DNA from: Eledone cirrhosa
Lineage: Eukaryota
Assembly (NCBI GenBank): GCA_964016885.1
Contig: OZ024740.1
Span: 433,070,001 to 433,134,000, forward strand
Reading direction: 5' to 3'
DNA length: 64,000 nt
Shown: piece after piece, positions 38,801-53,800 of the stretch
How positions within the stretch are numbered: position 1 is the first letter of the stretch
Layout of the letters: each line of letters begins with the position of its first letter
Notes under the pieces: model-generated
The model's input: only the letters and a program-made list of their open reading frames with translations
Databases searched by the model: none
What the model was told of the DNA's origin: nothing
Made by a program: the position numbers and the translations under genes

Positions 38801-41800
38801 CACAGTGACAAGATATTTGCTACCCAGGCTCAAAGTTATATATTCCACAGTGACAAGATATTTCCTACCCAGACTCAAAGGTATATATTCCACAGTGACA
38901 AGATATTTCCTACCCAGGCTCAAAGGTACATATTCCACAGTGACAAGATATTTCCTACCCAGGCTCAAAGATACATATTCCACAGTGACAAGATATTTCC
39001 TACTCAGGCTCAAAGGTACATATTCCACAGTGACAAGATATTTCCTACCCAGGCTCAAAGGTACATATTCCACCGTGACAAGATATTTCCTACCCAGGCT
39101 CAAAGTTATATATTCCACAGTGACAAGATATTTCCTACCCAGGCTCAAAGGTATATATTCCACAGTGACAAGATATTTCCTACCCAGGGTCAAAGGTATA
39201 TATTCCACAGTGACAAGATATTTCCTACCCAGTCTCAAAGGTATATATTCCACAGTGACAAGATATTTCCTACCCAGGCTCAAAGGTACATATTCCACAG
39301 TGACAAGATATTTCCTACCCAGGCTCAAAGGTACATATTCCAGAGTGACAAGATATTTCCTACCCAGGCTCACAGGTACATATTCCACCGTGACAAGATA
39401 TTTCCTACCCAGGCTCAAAGGTACATATTCCATCGTGACAAGATATTTCCTAACCAGGCTCAAAGTTATATATTCCACAGTGACAAGATATTTCCTACCC
39501 AGGCTCAAAGGTATATATTCCACAGTGACAAGATATTTCCTACCCAGACTCAAAGGTATATATTCCACAGTGACAAGATATTTCCTACCCAGGCTCAAAG
39601 TTATATATTCCACAGTGACAAGATATTTCCTACTCAGGCTCAAAGGTATATATTCCACAGTGACAAGATATTTCCTACCCAGGCTCAAAGGTACATATTC
39701 CACAGTGACAAGATATTTGCTACCCAGGCTCAAAGTTATATATTCCACAGTGACAAGATATTTGCTACCCAGGCTCAAAGTTATATATTCCACAGTGACA
39801 AGATATTTCCTACCCAGATTCAAAGGTATATATTCCACAGTGACAAGATATTTCCTACCCAGGCTCAAAGGTACATATTCCACAGTGACAAGATATTTCC
39901 TACCCAGGCTCAAAGGTACATATTCCACAGTGACAAGATATTTCCTACTCAGGCTCAAAGGTACATATTCCACAGTGACAAGATATTTCCTACCCAGGCT
40001 CAAAGGTACATATTCCACCGTGACAAGATATTTCCTACCCAGGCTCAAAGTTATATATTCCACAGTGACAAGATATTTCCTACCCAGGCTCAAAGGTATA
40101 TATTCCAGTGACAAGATATTTCCTACCCAGGGTCAAATGTATATATTCCACAGTGACAAGATATTTCCTACCCAGTCTCAAAGGTATATATTCCACAGTG
40201 ACAAGATATTTCCTACCCAGACTCAAAGGTATATATTCCACAGTGACAAGATATTTCCTACCCAGGCTCAAAGGTATATATTCCACAGTGACAATATATT
40301 TCCTACCCAGGCTCAAAGGTATATATTCCACAGTGACAAGATATTTCCTACCCATGCTCAAAGGTATATATTCCAAAGAGACAAGATATTTCCTACCCAG
40401 ACTCAAAGGTATATATTCCACAGTGATAAGATATTTGCTACCCAGGCTCAAAGGTATATATTCCACAGTGACAAGATATTTCCTACCCAGGCTCAAAGGT
40501 ATATATTCCACAGTGACAAGATATTTCCTACCCAGACTCAATGGTACATATTCCACAATGACAAGATATTTCCTACCCAGGCTCAAAGTTACATATTCCA
40601 CAATGACAAGATATTTCCTACCCAGGCTCAAAGTTACATATTCCACAATGACAAGATATTTTCTACCTAGGCTCAAAGTTACATATTCCACAATGACAAG
40701 ATATTTCCTACCCAGGCTCAAAGGTATACATTCCACAGTCACAAGATATTTGCTACCCAGGCTCAAAGTTATATATACCACAGTGACAAGATATTTGCTA
40801 CCCAGATTCAAAGGTATACATTCCACAGTTACAAGATATTTCCTACCCAGACTCAAAGGTACATATTCCACAATGACAAGATATTTCCTACCCAGGCTCA
40901 AAGTTACATATTCCACAATGACAAGATATTTCCTACCCAGGCTCAAAGTTACATATTCCACAATGACAAGATATTTCCTACCTAGGCTCAAAGTTACATA
41001 TTCCACAATGACAAGATATTTCCTACCCAGGCTCAAAGGTATACATTCCACAGTCACAAGATATTTGCTACACAGGCTCAAAGGTATATATTCCACAGTG
41101 ACAAGATATTTCCTACCCAGACTCAAAGGTATACATTCCACAGTGACAAGATATTTCCTACCCAGGCTCAAAGGTACATATTCCACAATGACAAGATATT
41201 TCCTACCCAGGCTCAAAGTTACATATTCCACAATGACAAGATATTTCCTACCCAGACTCAAAGGTATATATTCCACAGTGACAAGATATTTCCTACCCAG
41301 GCTCAAAGGTATATATTCCACAGTGACAAGATATTTTGTACCCAGGCTCAAAGGTATATATTCCACAGTGACAAGATATTTGCTACCCAGGCTCAAAGTT
41401 ATATATTCCACAGTGACAAGATATTTCCTACCCAGGCTCAAAGGTACATATTCCACAGTGACAAGATATTTCCTACCCAGGCTGAAAGGTATAGATTCCA
41501 CAGTGACAAGATATTTCCTACACAGTCTCAAAGGTATATATTCCACAGTGACAAGATATTTCCTACCCAGGCTCAAAGGTATATATTCCACAGTGACAAG
41601 ATATTTGCTACCCAGGCTCAAAGTTATATATTCCACAGTGAGAGATATTACCTACCAAGGCTCAAAGGTATATATTCCACAGTGACAAGATATTTGCTAC
41701 CCAGGCTCAAAGTCATATATTCCACAGTGACAAGATATTTCCTACCCAGACTCAAAGGTATATATTCCACAGTGACAAGATATTTCCTACCCAGGCTCAA

Positions 41801-44800
41801 AGGTATATATTCCACAGTGACAAGATATTTCCTACCCAGGCTAAAAGGTATATATTCCACAGTGACAAGATATTTCCTACCCAGACTCAAAGGTACATAT
41901 TCCACAATGACAAGATATTTCCTACCCAGGCTCAAAGTTACATATTCCACAATGACAAGATATTTCCTACCTAGGCTAAAAGTTACATATTCCACAATGA
42001 CAAGATATTTCCTACCCAGGCTCAAAGTTATATATTCCACAATGACAAGATATTTCCTACCCAGGCTCAAAGTTACATATTCCACAATGACAAGATATTT
42101 CCTACCCAGGCTCAAAGGTATATATTCCACAGTGACAAGATATTTCCTACCCAGGCTCAGAGGTACATATTCCACAGTGACAAGATAATTCCTACCCAGG
42201 CTCAAAGTTATATATTCCACAGTGACAAGATATTTCCTACCCAGGCTCAAAGGTACATATTCCACAGTGACAAGATATTTGCTACCCAGGCTCAAAGTTA
42301 TATATTCCACAGTGACAAGATATTTCCTACCCAGGCTCAAAGTTATATATTCCACAGTGACAAGATATTTCCTACCCAGGCTCAAAGGTACATATTCCAC
42401 AGTGACAAGATATTTCCTACCCAGCTCAAAGGTATATATTCCACAGTGACAAGATATTTCCTACCCAGGCTCAAAGGTATATATTCCACAGTGACAAGAT
42501 ATTTCCTACCCAGGCTCAAAGGTACATATTCCACAGTGACAAGATATTTCCTACCCAGAATTAAAGGTATATATTCCACAATGACAAGATATTTCCTACC
42601 CAGGCTCAAAGTTACATATTCCACAATGACAAGATATTTCCTACCCAGGCTCAAAGGTATATATTCCACAGTGACAAGATATTTCCTACCCAGGCTCAAA
42701 GGTACGTATTCCACGGTGACAAGATATTTCCTACCCAGACTCAAGGGTATATATTCCACAGTGACAAGATATTTCCTACCCAGTCTCAAAGGTATAGATT
42801 CCACAGTGACAAGATATTTGCTACCCAGGCTCAAAGTTATATATTCCACAGTGACAAGATATTTCCTACCCAGACTCAAAGGTATATATTCCACAGTGAC
42901 AAGATATTTGCTACCCAGGCTCAAAGTTATATATTCCACAGTGACAAGATATTTGCTACCCAGACTCAAAGGTATATATTCCAGTGACAAGATATTTCCT
43001 ACCCAGTCTCAAAGGTATACATTCCACAGTAACAAGATATTTGCTACCCAGGCTCAAAGTTATATATTCCACAGTGACAAGATATTTGCTACCCAGACTC
43101 AAAGGTATATATTCCACAGTGACAAGATATTTCCTACCCAGGTTCAAAGGTATATATTCCACAGTGACAAGATATTTGCTACCCAGGCTCAAAGTTATAT
43201 ATTCGACAGTGAGAGATATTTCCTACCCAGGCTCAAAGTTATAGATTCCACAGTGACAAGATATTTCCTACCCAGACTCAAAGGTATATATTCCACAGTG
43301 ACAAGATATTTCCTACCCAGGCTCAAAGGTATATATTCCACAGTGACAAGATATTTCCTTCCCAGACTCAAAGGTACATATTCCACAATGACAAGATATT
43401 TCCTACCCAGGCTCAAAGGTATATATTCCACAATGACAAGATATTTCCTACCCAGGCTCAAAGTTACATATTCCACAATGACAAGATATTTCCTACCCAG
43501 GCTCAAATGTATATATTCCACGGTGACAAGATATTTCCTACCCAGACTCAAAGGTATATATTCCACAGTAACAAGATATTTCCTACCCAGTCTCAAAGGT
43601 ATACATTCCACAGTGACAAGATATTTGCTACCCAGGCTCAAAGTTATATATTCCACAGTGACAAGATATTTGCTACCCAGACTCAAAGGTATATATTCCA
43701 CAGTGACAAGATATTTCCTACCCAGGCTCAAAGGTATATATTCCACAGTGACAAGATATTTCCTACCCAGGCTCAAAGTTACATATTCCACAATGACAAG
43801 ATATTTCCTACACAGGCTCAAAGTTACATATTCAACAATGACAAGATATTTCCTACCCAGGCTCAAAGTTACATATTCCACAATGACAAGATATTTCCTA
43901 CCCAGGCTCAAAGGTATATATTCCACAGTGACAAGATATTTCCTACCCAGGCTCAAAGGTATATATTCCAGTGACAAGATATTTGCTACCCAGGCTCAAA
44001 TGTATATATTCCACAGTGACAAGATATTTGCTACCCAGGCTCAAAGTTATATATTCCACAGTGAGAGATATTACCTACCCAGGCTCAAAGGTATATATTC
44101 CACAGTGACAAGATATTTGCTACCCAGGCTCAAAGTTATATATTCCACAGTGACAAGATATTTCCTACCCAGACTCAAAGGTATATATTCCACAGTGACA
44201 AGATATTTTCTACCCAGATTCAAAGGTATATATTCCACAGTGACAAGATATTTCCTACCCAGGCTCAAAGGTATATATTCCACAGTGACAAGATATTTCC
44301 TACCCAGGCTAAAAGTTACATATTCCACAATGACAAGATATTTCCTACCCAGGCTCAAAGTTATATATTCCACAATGACAAGATATTTCCTACCCAGGCT
44401 CAAAGTTACATATTCCACAATGACAAGATATTTCCTACCCAGGCTCAAAGGTATATATTCCACAGTGACAAGATATTTCCTACCCAAGCTCAGAGGTACA
44501 TATTCCACAGTGACAAGATATTTCCTACCCAGGCTCAAAGTTATATATTCCACAGTGACAAGATATTTCCCACCCAGGCTCAAAGGTACATATTCCACAG
44601 TGACAATATATTTGCTACCCAGGCTCAAAGTTATATATTCCACAGTGACAAGATATTTCCTACCCAGGCTCAAAGTTATATATTCCACAGTGACAAGATA
44701 TTTCCTACCCAGGCTCAAAGGTATATATTCCACAGTGACAAGATATTTCCTACCCAGGCTCAAAGGTATATATTCCACAGTGACAAGATATTTCCTACCC

Positions 44801-47800
44801 AGGCTCAAAGGTACATATTCCACAGTGACAAGATATTTCCTACCCAGGCTCAAAGGTATATATTCCACAATGACAAGATATTTCCTACCCAGGCTCAAAG
44901 TTACATATTCCACAATGACAAGATATTTCCTACCCAGGCTCAAAGGTATATATTCCACAGTGACAAGATATTTCCTACCCAGACTCAAAGGTACGTATTC
45001 CACGGTGACAAAATATTTCCTACCCAGACTCAAAGGTATATATTCCACAGTGACAAGATATTTCCTACCCAGTCTCAAAGGTATACATTCCACAGTGACA
45101 AGATATTTGCTACCCAGGCTCAAAGTTATATATTCCACAGTGACAAGATATTTCCTACCCAGACTCAAAGGTATATATTCCACAGTGACAAGATATTTGC
45201 TACCCAGGCTCAAAGTTATATATTCCACAGTGACAAGATATTTGCTACCCAGACTCAAAGGTATATATTCCAGTGACAAGATATTTCCTACCCAGTCTGA
45301 AAGGTATACATTCCACAGTGACAAGATATTTGCTACCCAGGCTCAAAGTTATATATTCGACAGTGAGAGATATTTCCTACCCAGGCTCAAAGTTATAGAT
45401 TCCACAGTGACAAGATATTTCCTACCCAGACTCAAAGGTATATATTCCACAGTGACAAGATATTTCCTACCCAGGCTCAAAGGTATTTATTCCACAGTGA
45501 CAAGATATTTCCTTCCCAGACTCAAAGGTACATATTCCACAATGACAAGATATTTCCTACCCAGGCTCAAAGGTATATATTCCACAATGACAAGATATTT
45601 CCTACCCAGGCTCAAAGTTACATATTCCACAATGACAAGATATTTTCTACCCAGATTCAAAGGTATATATTCCACGGTGACAAGATATTTCCTACCCAGA
45701 CTCAAAGGTATATATTCCACAGTGACAAGATATTTCCTACCCAGTCTCAAAGGTATACATTCCACAGTAACAAGATATTTGCTACCCAGGCTCAAAGTTA
45801 TATATTCCACAGTGACAAGATATTTGCTACCCAGACTCAAAGGTATATATTCCACAGTGACAAGATATTTCCTACCCAGGCTCAAAGGTATATATTCCAC
45901 AGTGACAAGATATTTCCTACCCAGGCTCAAAGGTACATATTCCACAATGACAAGATATTTCCTACCCAGGCTCAAAGTTACATATTCAACAATGACAAGA
46001 TATTTCCTACCCAGGCTCAAAGTTACATATTCCACAATGACAAGATATTTCCTACCCAGGCTCAAAGGTATATATTCCACAGTGACAAGATATTTCCTAC
46101 CCAGGCTCAAAGGTACATATTCCAAAGTGACAAGATATTTCCTACCCAGGCTCAAAGTTATATATTCCACAGTGACAAGATATTTCCTACCCAGGCTCAA
46201 AGGTATATATTCCAGTGACAAGATATTTGCTACCCAGGCTCAAAGTTATATATTCCACAGTGACAAGATATTTCCTACCCAGACTCAAAGTTACATATTC
46301 CACAATGACAAGATATTTCCTACCCAGGCTCAAAGATATACATTCCACAGTGACAAGATATTTGCTACTCAGGCTCAAAGTTACATATTCCACAATGACA
46401 AGATATTTCCTACCCAGGCTCAAAGGTATATATTCCACAGTGACAAGATATTTCCTACCCAGGCTCAACGGTATATATTCCACAGTGACAAGATATTTGC
46501 TACCCAGGCTCAAAGATATATATTCCACAGTGACAAGATATTTCCTACCCAGGCTCAAAGGTACATATTCCAGTGACAAGATATTTGCTACCCAGGCTCA
46601 AAGTTATATATTCCACAGTGACAAGATATTTGCTAGCCAGACTCAAAGGTATATATTCCAGTGACAAGATATTTCCTACCCAGTCTCAAAGGTATACATT
46701 CCACAGTGACAAGATATTTGCTACCCAGGCTCAAAGTTATATATTCGACAGTGAGAGATATTTCCTACCCAGGCTCAAAGTTATAGATTCCACAGTGACA
46801 AGATATTTCCTACCCAGACTCAAAGGTATATATTCCACAGTGACAAGATATTTCCTACCCAGGCTCAAAGGTATATATTCCACAGTGACAAGATATTTCC
46901 TTCCCAGACTCAAAGGTACATATTCCACAATGACAAGATATTTCCTACCCAGGCTCAAAGGTATATATTCCACAATGACAAGATATTTCCTACCCAGGCT
47001 CAAAGTTACATATTCCACAATGACAAGATATTTCCTACCCTGGCTCAAAGGTATATATTCCACGGTGACAAGATATTTCCTACCCAGACACAAAGGTATA
47101 TATTCCACAGTGACAAGATATTTCCTACCCAGTCTCAAAGGTATACATTCCACAGTAACAAGATATTTGCTACCCAGGCTCAAAGTTATATATTCCACAG
47201 TGACAAGATATTTGCTACCCAGACTCAAAGGTATATATTCCACAGTGACAAGATATTTCCTACCCAGGCTCAAAGGTATATATTCCACAGTGACAAGATA
47301 TTTCCTACCCAGGCTCAAAGGTACATATTCCACAATGACAAGATATTTCCTACCCAGGCTCAAAGATATACATTCCACAGTCACAAGATATTTGCTACTC
47401 AGGCTCAAAGTTACATATTCCACAATGACAAGATATTTCCTACCCAGGCTCAAAGGTATATATTCCACAGTGACAAGATATTTCCTACCCAGGCTCAACG
47501 GTATATATTCCACAGTGACAAGATATTTGCTACCCAGGCTCAAAGTTATATATTCCACAGTGACAAGATATTTCCTACCCAGGCTCAAAGGTACATATTC
47601 CACAGTGACAAGATATTTCCTACCCAGGCTCAAAGGTATATATTCCACAGTGACAAGATATTTCCTACCCAGTCTAAAAGGTATATATTCCACAGTGACA
47701 AGATATTTCCTATCCAGGCTCAAAGGTATATATTCCACAGTGACAAGATATTTCCTACCCAGGCTCAAAGTCATATATTCCACAGTGAGAGATATTTCCT

Positions 47801-50800
47801 ACCCAGGCTCAAAGGTATATATTCCACAGTGACAAGATATTTGCTACCCAGGCTCAAAGTTATATATTCCACAGTGACAAGATATTTCCTACCCAGACTC
47901 AAAGGTACATATTCCACAATGACAAGATATTTCCTACCCAGGCTCAAAGTTACATATTCCACAATGACAAGATATTTCCTACTCAGGCTTACAGTTACAT
48001 ATTCCACAATGACGAGATATTTTCTACCCAGGCTCAAAGGTATATATTCCACAGTGACAAGATATTTCCTACCCAGACTCAAAGGTATATATTCCACAGT
48101 GACAAGATATTTCCTACCCAGGGTCAAAGGTATACGTTCCACAGTGACAAGATATTTCCTACCCAGGTTCAAAGTTATATATTCCACAGTGACAAGATAT
48201 TTCCTACCCAGGCTCAAAGGTATATATTCCACAGTGACAAGATATTTGCTACCCAGGCTCAAAGTTATATATTCCACAGTGACAAGATATTTCCTACGCA
48301 GACTCAAATGTGCATATTCCACAATGACAAGATATTTCCTACCCAGGCTCAAAGTTACATATTCAACAATGACAAGATATTTCCTACTCAGGCTCAAAGT
48401 TACATATTCCACAATGACAAGATATTTCCTACCCAGGCTCATAGGTATATATTCCACAGTGACAAGATATTTCCTACCCAGGCTCAAAGGTATATATTCC
48501 ACAGTGACAAGATATTTGCTACCCAGGCTCAAAGTTATATATTCCACAGTGACAAGATATTTCCTACCCAGACTCAAAGGTATATATTCCACAGTGACAA
48601 AATATTTCCTACCCAGGCTCAAAGGTATATATTCCACAGTGACAAGATATTTCCTACCCAGGCTCAAAGGTATATATTCCACAGTGACAAGATATTTCCT
48701 ACCCAGACTCAAAGGTACATATTCCCCAATGACAAGATATTTCCTACCCAACTCAAAGTTACGTATTCCACAATGACAAGATATTTCCTACCCAGGCTCA
48801 AAGTTACATACTCCACAGTGACAAGATATTTCCTACCCAGTCTCAAAGGTACATATTCCACAATGACAAGATATTTCCTACCCAGGCTCAAAGTTACATA
48901 TTCCACAGTGACAAGATATTTCCTACCCAGGCTCAAAGGTACATATTCCACAATGACAAGATATTTCCTACCCAGACACAAAGGTACATATTCCACAATG
49001 ACAAGATATTTCCTACCCAGACTCATAGGTACATATTCCACAGTGACAAGATATTTCCTACCCAGGCTCAAAGTTATATATTCCACAATGACAAGATATT
49101 TCCTACCCAGGCTCAAAGTTACATATTCCACAGTGACAAGATATTTCCTACCCAGTCTCAAAGGTACATATTCCACAATGACAAGATATTTCCTACCCAG
49201 GCTCAAAGTTATATATTCCACAGTGACAAGATATTTCCTACCCAGGCTCAAAGATATATATTCCACAGTGACAAAATATTTCCTACCCAGGCTCAAAGTT
49301 ATATATTCCACAGTGACTAGATATTTGCTACCCAGACTCAAAGGTATATATTCCACAGTGACAAGATATTTCCTACCCAGTCTCAAAGGTATACATTCCA
49401 CAGTGACAAGATATTTGCTACGCAGGCTCAAAGTTATATATTCCACAGTGACAAGATATTTCCTACCCAGGCTCAAAGTTATATATTCCACAGTGAGAGA
49501 TATTTCCTACCCAGGCTCAAAGTTATAGATTCCACAGTGACAAGATATTTCCTACCCAGACTCAAAGGTATATATTCCACAGTGACAAGATATTTCCTAC
49601 CCAGGCTCAAAGGTATATATTCCACAGTGACAAGATATTTCCTTCCTAGACTCAAAGGTACATATTCCACAATGACAAGATAATTCCTACCCAGGCTCAA
49701 AGGTACATATTCCACAATGACAAGATATTTCCTACCCAGGCTCAAAGTTACATATTCCACAATGACAAGATATTTCCTACCCAGGCTCAAAGGTATATAT
49801 TCCACAGTGACAAGATATTTCCTACCCAGACTCAAAGGTATATATTCCACAGTGACAAGATATTTCCTACCCAGTCTCAAAGGTATACATTCCACAGTGA
49901 CAAGATATTTGCTACCCAGGCTCAAAGTTATATATTCCACAGTGACAAGATATTTGCTACCCAGACTCAAAGATATATATACAACAGTGACAAGATATTT
50001 CCTACCCAGGCTCAAAGGTATATATTCCACAGTGACAAGATATTTCCTACCCAGGCTCAAAGGTACATATTCCACAATGACAAGATATTTCCTACCCAGG
50101 CTCAAAGGTATATATTCCACAGTGACAAGATATTTCCTACCCAGGCTCAAAGGTACATATTCCACAGTGACAAGATATTTGCTACCCAGGCTCAAAGGTA
50201 TATATTCCACAGTGACAAGATATTTCCTACCCAGGCTCAAAGGTATATATTCCACAGTGACAAGATATTTGCTACCCAGGCTCAAAGTTATATATTCCAC
50301 AGTGACAAGATATTTCCTACCCAGGCTCAAAGGTACATATTCCACAGTGACAAGATATTTCCTACCCAGGCTCAAAGGTATATATTCCACAGTGACAAGA
50401 TATTTCCTACCCAGTCTAAAAGGTATATATTCCACAGTGACAAGATATTTCCTATCCAGGCTCAAAGGTATATATTCCATAGTGACAAGATATTTGCTAC
50501 CCAGGCTAAAGTTATATATTCCACAGTGAGAGATATTTCCTACCCAGGCTCAAAGGTATATATTCCACAGTGACAAGATATTTGCTACCCAGTCTCAAAG
50601 TTATATATTCCACAGTGACAAGATATTTCCTACCCAGACTCAAAGGTATATATTCAACAGTGACAAGATATTTCCTACCCAGGCTCAAAGGTATATATGC
50701 CACAATGACAAGATATTTCCTACCCAGACTCAAAGGTACATATTCCACAATGACAAGATATTTCCTACCCAGACACAAAGGTACATATTCCACAATGACA

Positions 50801-53800
50801 AGATATTTCCTACCCAGACTCATAGGTACATATTCCACAGTGACAAGATATTTCCTACCCAGGCTCAAAGTTATATATTCCACAATGACAAGATATTTCC
50901 TACCCAGGCTCAAAGTTACATATTCCACAGTGACAAGATATTTCCTACCCAGTCTCAAAGGTACATATTCCACAATGACAAGATATTTCCTACCCAGGCT
51001 CAAAGTTATATATTCCACAGTGACAAGATATTTCCTACCCAGGCTCAAAGATATATATTCCACAGTGACAAAATATTTCCTACCGAGGCTCAAAGTTATA
51101 TATTCCACAGTGACTAGATATTTGCTACCCAGACTCAAAGGTATATATTCCACAGTGACAAGATATTTCCTACCCAGGCTCAAAGATATATATTCCACAG
51201 TGACAAAATATTTCCTACCCAGGCTCAAAGTTATATATTCCACAGTGACTAGATATTTGCTACCCAGACTCAAAGGTATATATTCCACAGTGACAAGATA
51301 TTTCCTACCCAGGCTCAAAGTTATATATTCCACAGTGAGAGATATTTCCTACCCAGGCTCAAAGTTATAGATTCCACAGTGACAAGATATTTCCTACCCA
51401 GACTCAAAGGTATATATTCCACAGTGACAAGATATTTCCTACCCAGGCTCAAAGGTATATATTCCACAGTGACAAGATATTTCCTTCCTAGACTCAAAGG
51501 TACATATTCCACAATGACAAGATAATTCCTACCCAGGCTCAAAGGTACATATTCCACAATGACAAGATATTTCCTACCCAGGCTCAAAGTTACATATTCC
51601 ACAATGACAAGATATTTCCTACCCAGGCTCAAAGGTATATATTCCACAGTGACAAGATATTTCCTACCCAGACTCAAAGGTATATATTCCACAGTGACAA
51701 GATATTTCCTACCCAGTCTCAAAGGTATACATTCCACAGTGACAAGATATTTGCTACCCAGGCTCAAAGTTATATATTCCACAGTGACAAGATATTTGCT
51801 ACCCAGACTCAAAGATATATATACAACAGTGACAAGATATTTCCTACCCAGGCTCAAAGGTATATATTCCACAGTGACAAGATATTTCCTACCCAGGCTC
51901 AAAGGTACATATTCCACAATGACAAGATATTTCCTACCCAGGCTCAAAGGTATATATTCCACAGTGACAAGATATTTCCTACCCAGGCTCAAAGGTACAT
52001 ATTCCACAGTGACAAGATATTTGCTACCCAGGCTCAAAGGTATATATTCCACAGTGACAAGATATTTCCTACCCAGGCTCAAAGGTATATATTCCACAGT
52101 GACAAGATATTTGCTACCCAGGCTCAAAGTTATATATTCCACAGTGACAAGATATTTCCTACCCAGGCTCAAAGGTACATATTCCACAGTGACAAGATAT
52201 TTCCTACCCAGGCTCAAAGGTATATATTCCACAGTGACAAGATATTTCCTACCCAGTCTAAAAGGTATATATTCCACAGTGACAAGATATTTCCTATCCA
52301 GGCTCAAAGGTATATATTCCACAGTGACAAGATATTTGCTACCCAGGCTAAAGTTATATATTCCACAGTGAGAGATATTTCCTACCCAGGCTCAAAGGTA
52401 TATATTCCACAGTGACAAGATATTTGCTACCCAGTCTCAAAGTTATATATTCCACAGTGACAAGATATTTCCTACCCAGACTCAAAGGTATATATTCAAC
52501 AGTGACAAGATATTTCCTACCCAGGCTCAAAGGTATATATGCCACAATGACAAGATATTTCCTACCCAGACTCAAAGGTACATATTCCACAATGACAAGA
52601 TATTTCCTACCCAGACACAAAGGTACATATTCCACAATGACAAGATATTTCCTACCCAGACTCATAGGTACATATTCCACAGTGACAAGATATTTCCTAC
52701 CCAGGCTCAAAGTTATATATTCCACAATGACAAGATATTTCCTACCCAGGCTCAAAGTTACATATTCCACAGTGACAAGATATTTCCTACCCAGTCTCAA
52801 AGGTACATATTCCACAATGACAAGATATTTCCTACCCAGACTCAAAGGTATATATTCCACAGTGACAAGATATTTCCTACCCAGTCTCAAAGGTATACAT
52901 TCCACAGTGACAAGATATTTGCTACGCAGGCTCAAAGTTATATATTCCACAGTGACAAGATATTTCCTACCCAGGCTCAAAGTTATATATTCCACAGTGA
53001 GAGATATTTCCTACCCAGGCTCAAAGTTATAGATTCCACAGTGACAAGATATTTCCTACCCAGACTCAAAGGTATATATTCCACAGTGACAAGATATTTC
53101 CTACCCAGGCTCAAAGGTATATATTCCACAGTGACAAGATATTTCCTTCCTAGACTCAAAGGTACATATTCCACAATGACAAGATAATTCCTACCCAGGC
53201 TCAAAGGTACATATTCCACAATGACAAGATATTTCCTACCCAGGCTCAAAGTTACATATTCCACAATGACAAGATATTTCCTACCCAGGCTCAAAGGTAT
53301 ATATTCCACAGTGACAAGATATTTCCTACCCAGACTCAAAGGTATATATTCCACAGTGACAAGATATTTCCTACCCAGTCTCAAAGGTATACATTCCACA
53401 GTGACAAGATATTTGCTACCCAGGCTCAAAGTTATATATTCCACAGTGACAAGATATTTGCTACCCAGACTCAAAGATATATATTCCACAGTGACAAGAT
53501 ATTTCCTACCCAGGCTCAAAGGTATATATTCCACAGTGACAAGATATTTCCTACCCAGGCTCAAAGGTACATATTCCACAATGACAAGATATTTCCTACC
53601 CAGGCTCAAAGGTATATATTCCACAGTGACAAGATATTTCCTACCCAGGCTCAAAGGTACATAATCCACAGTGACAAGATATTTGCTACCCAGGCTCAAA
53701 GGTATATATTCCAGAGTGACAAGATATTTCCTACCCAGGCTCAAAGGTATATATTCCACAGTGACAAGATATTTGCTACCCAGGCTCAAAGTTATATATT

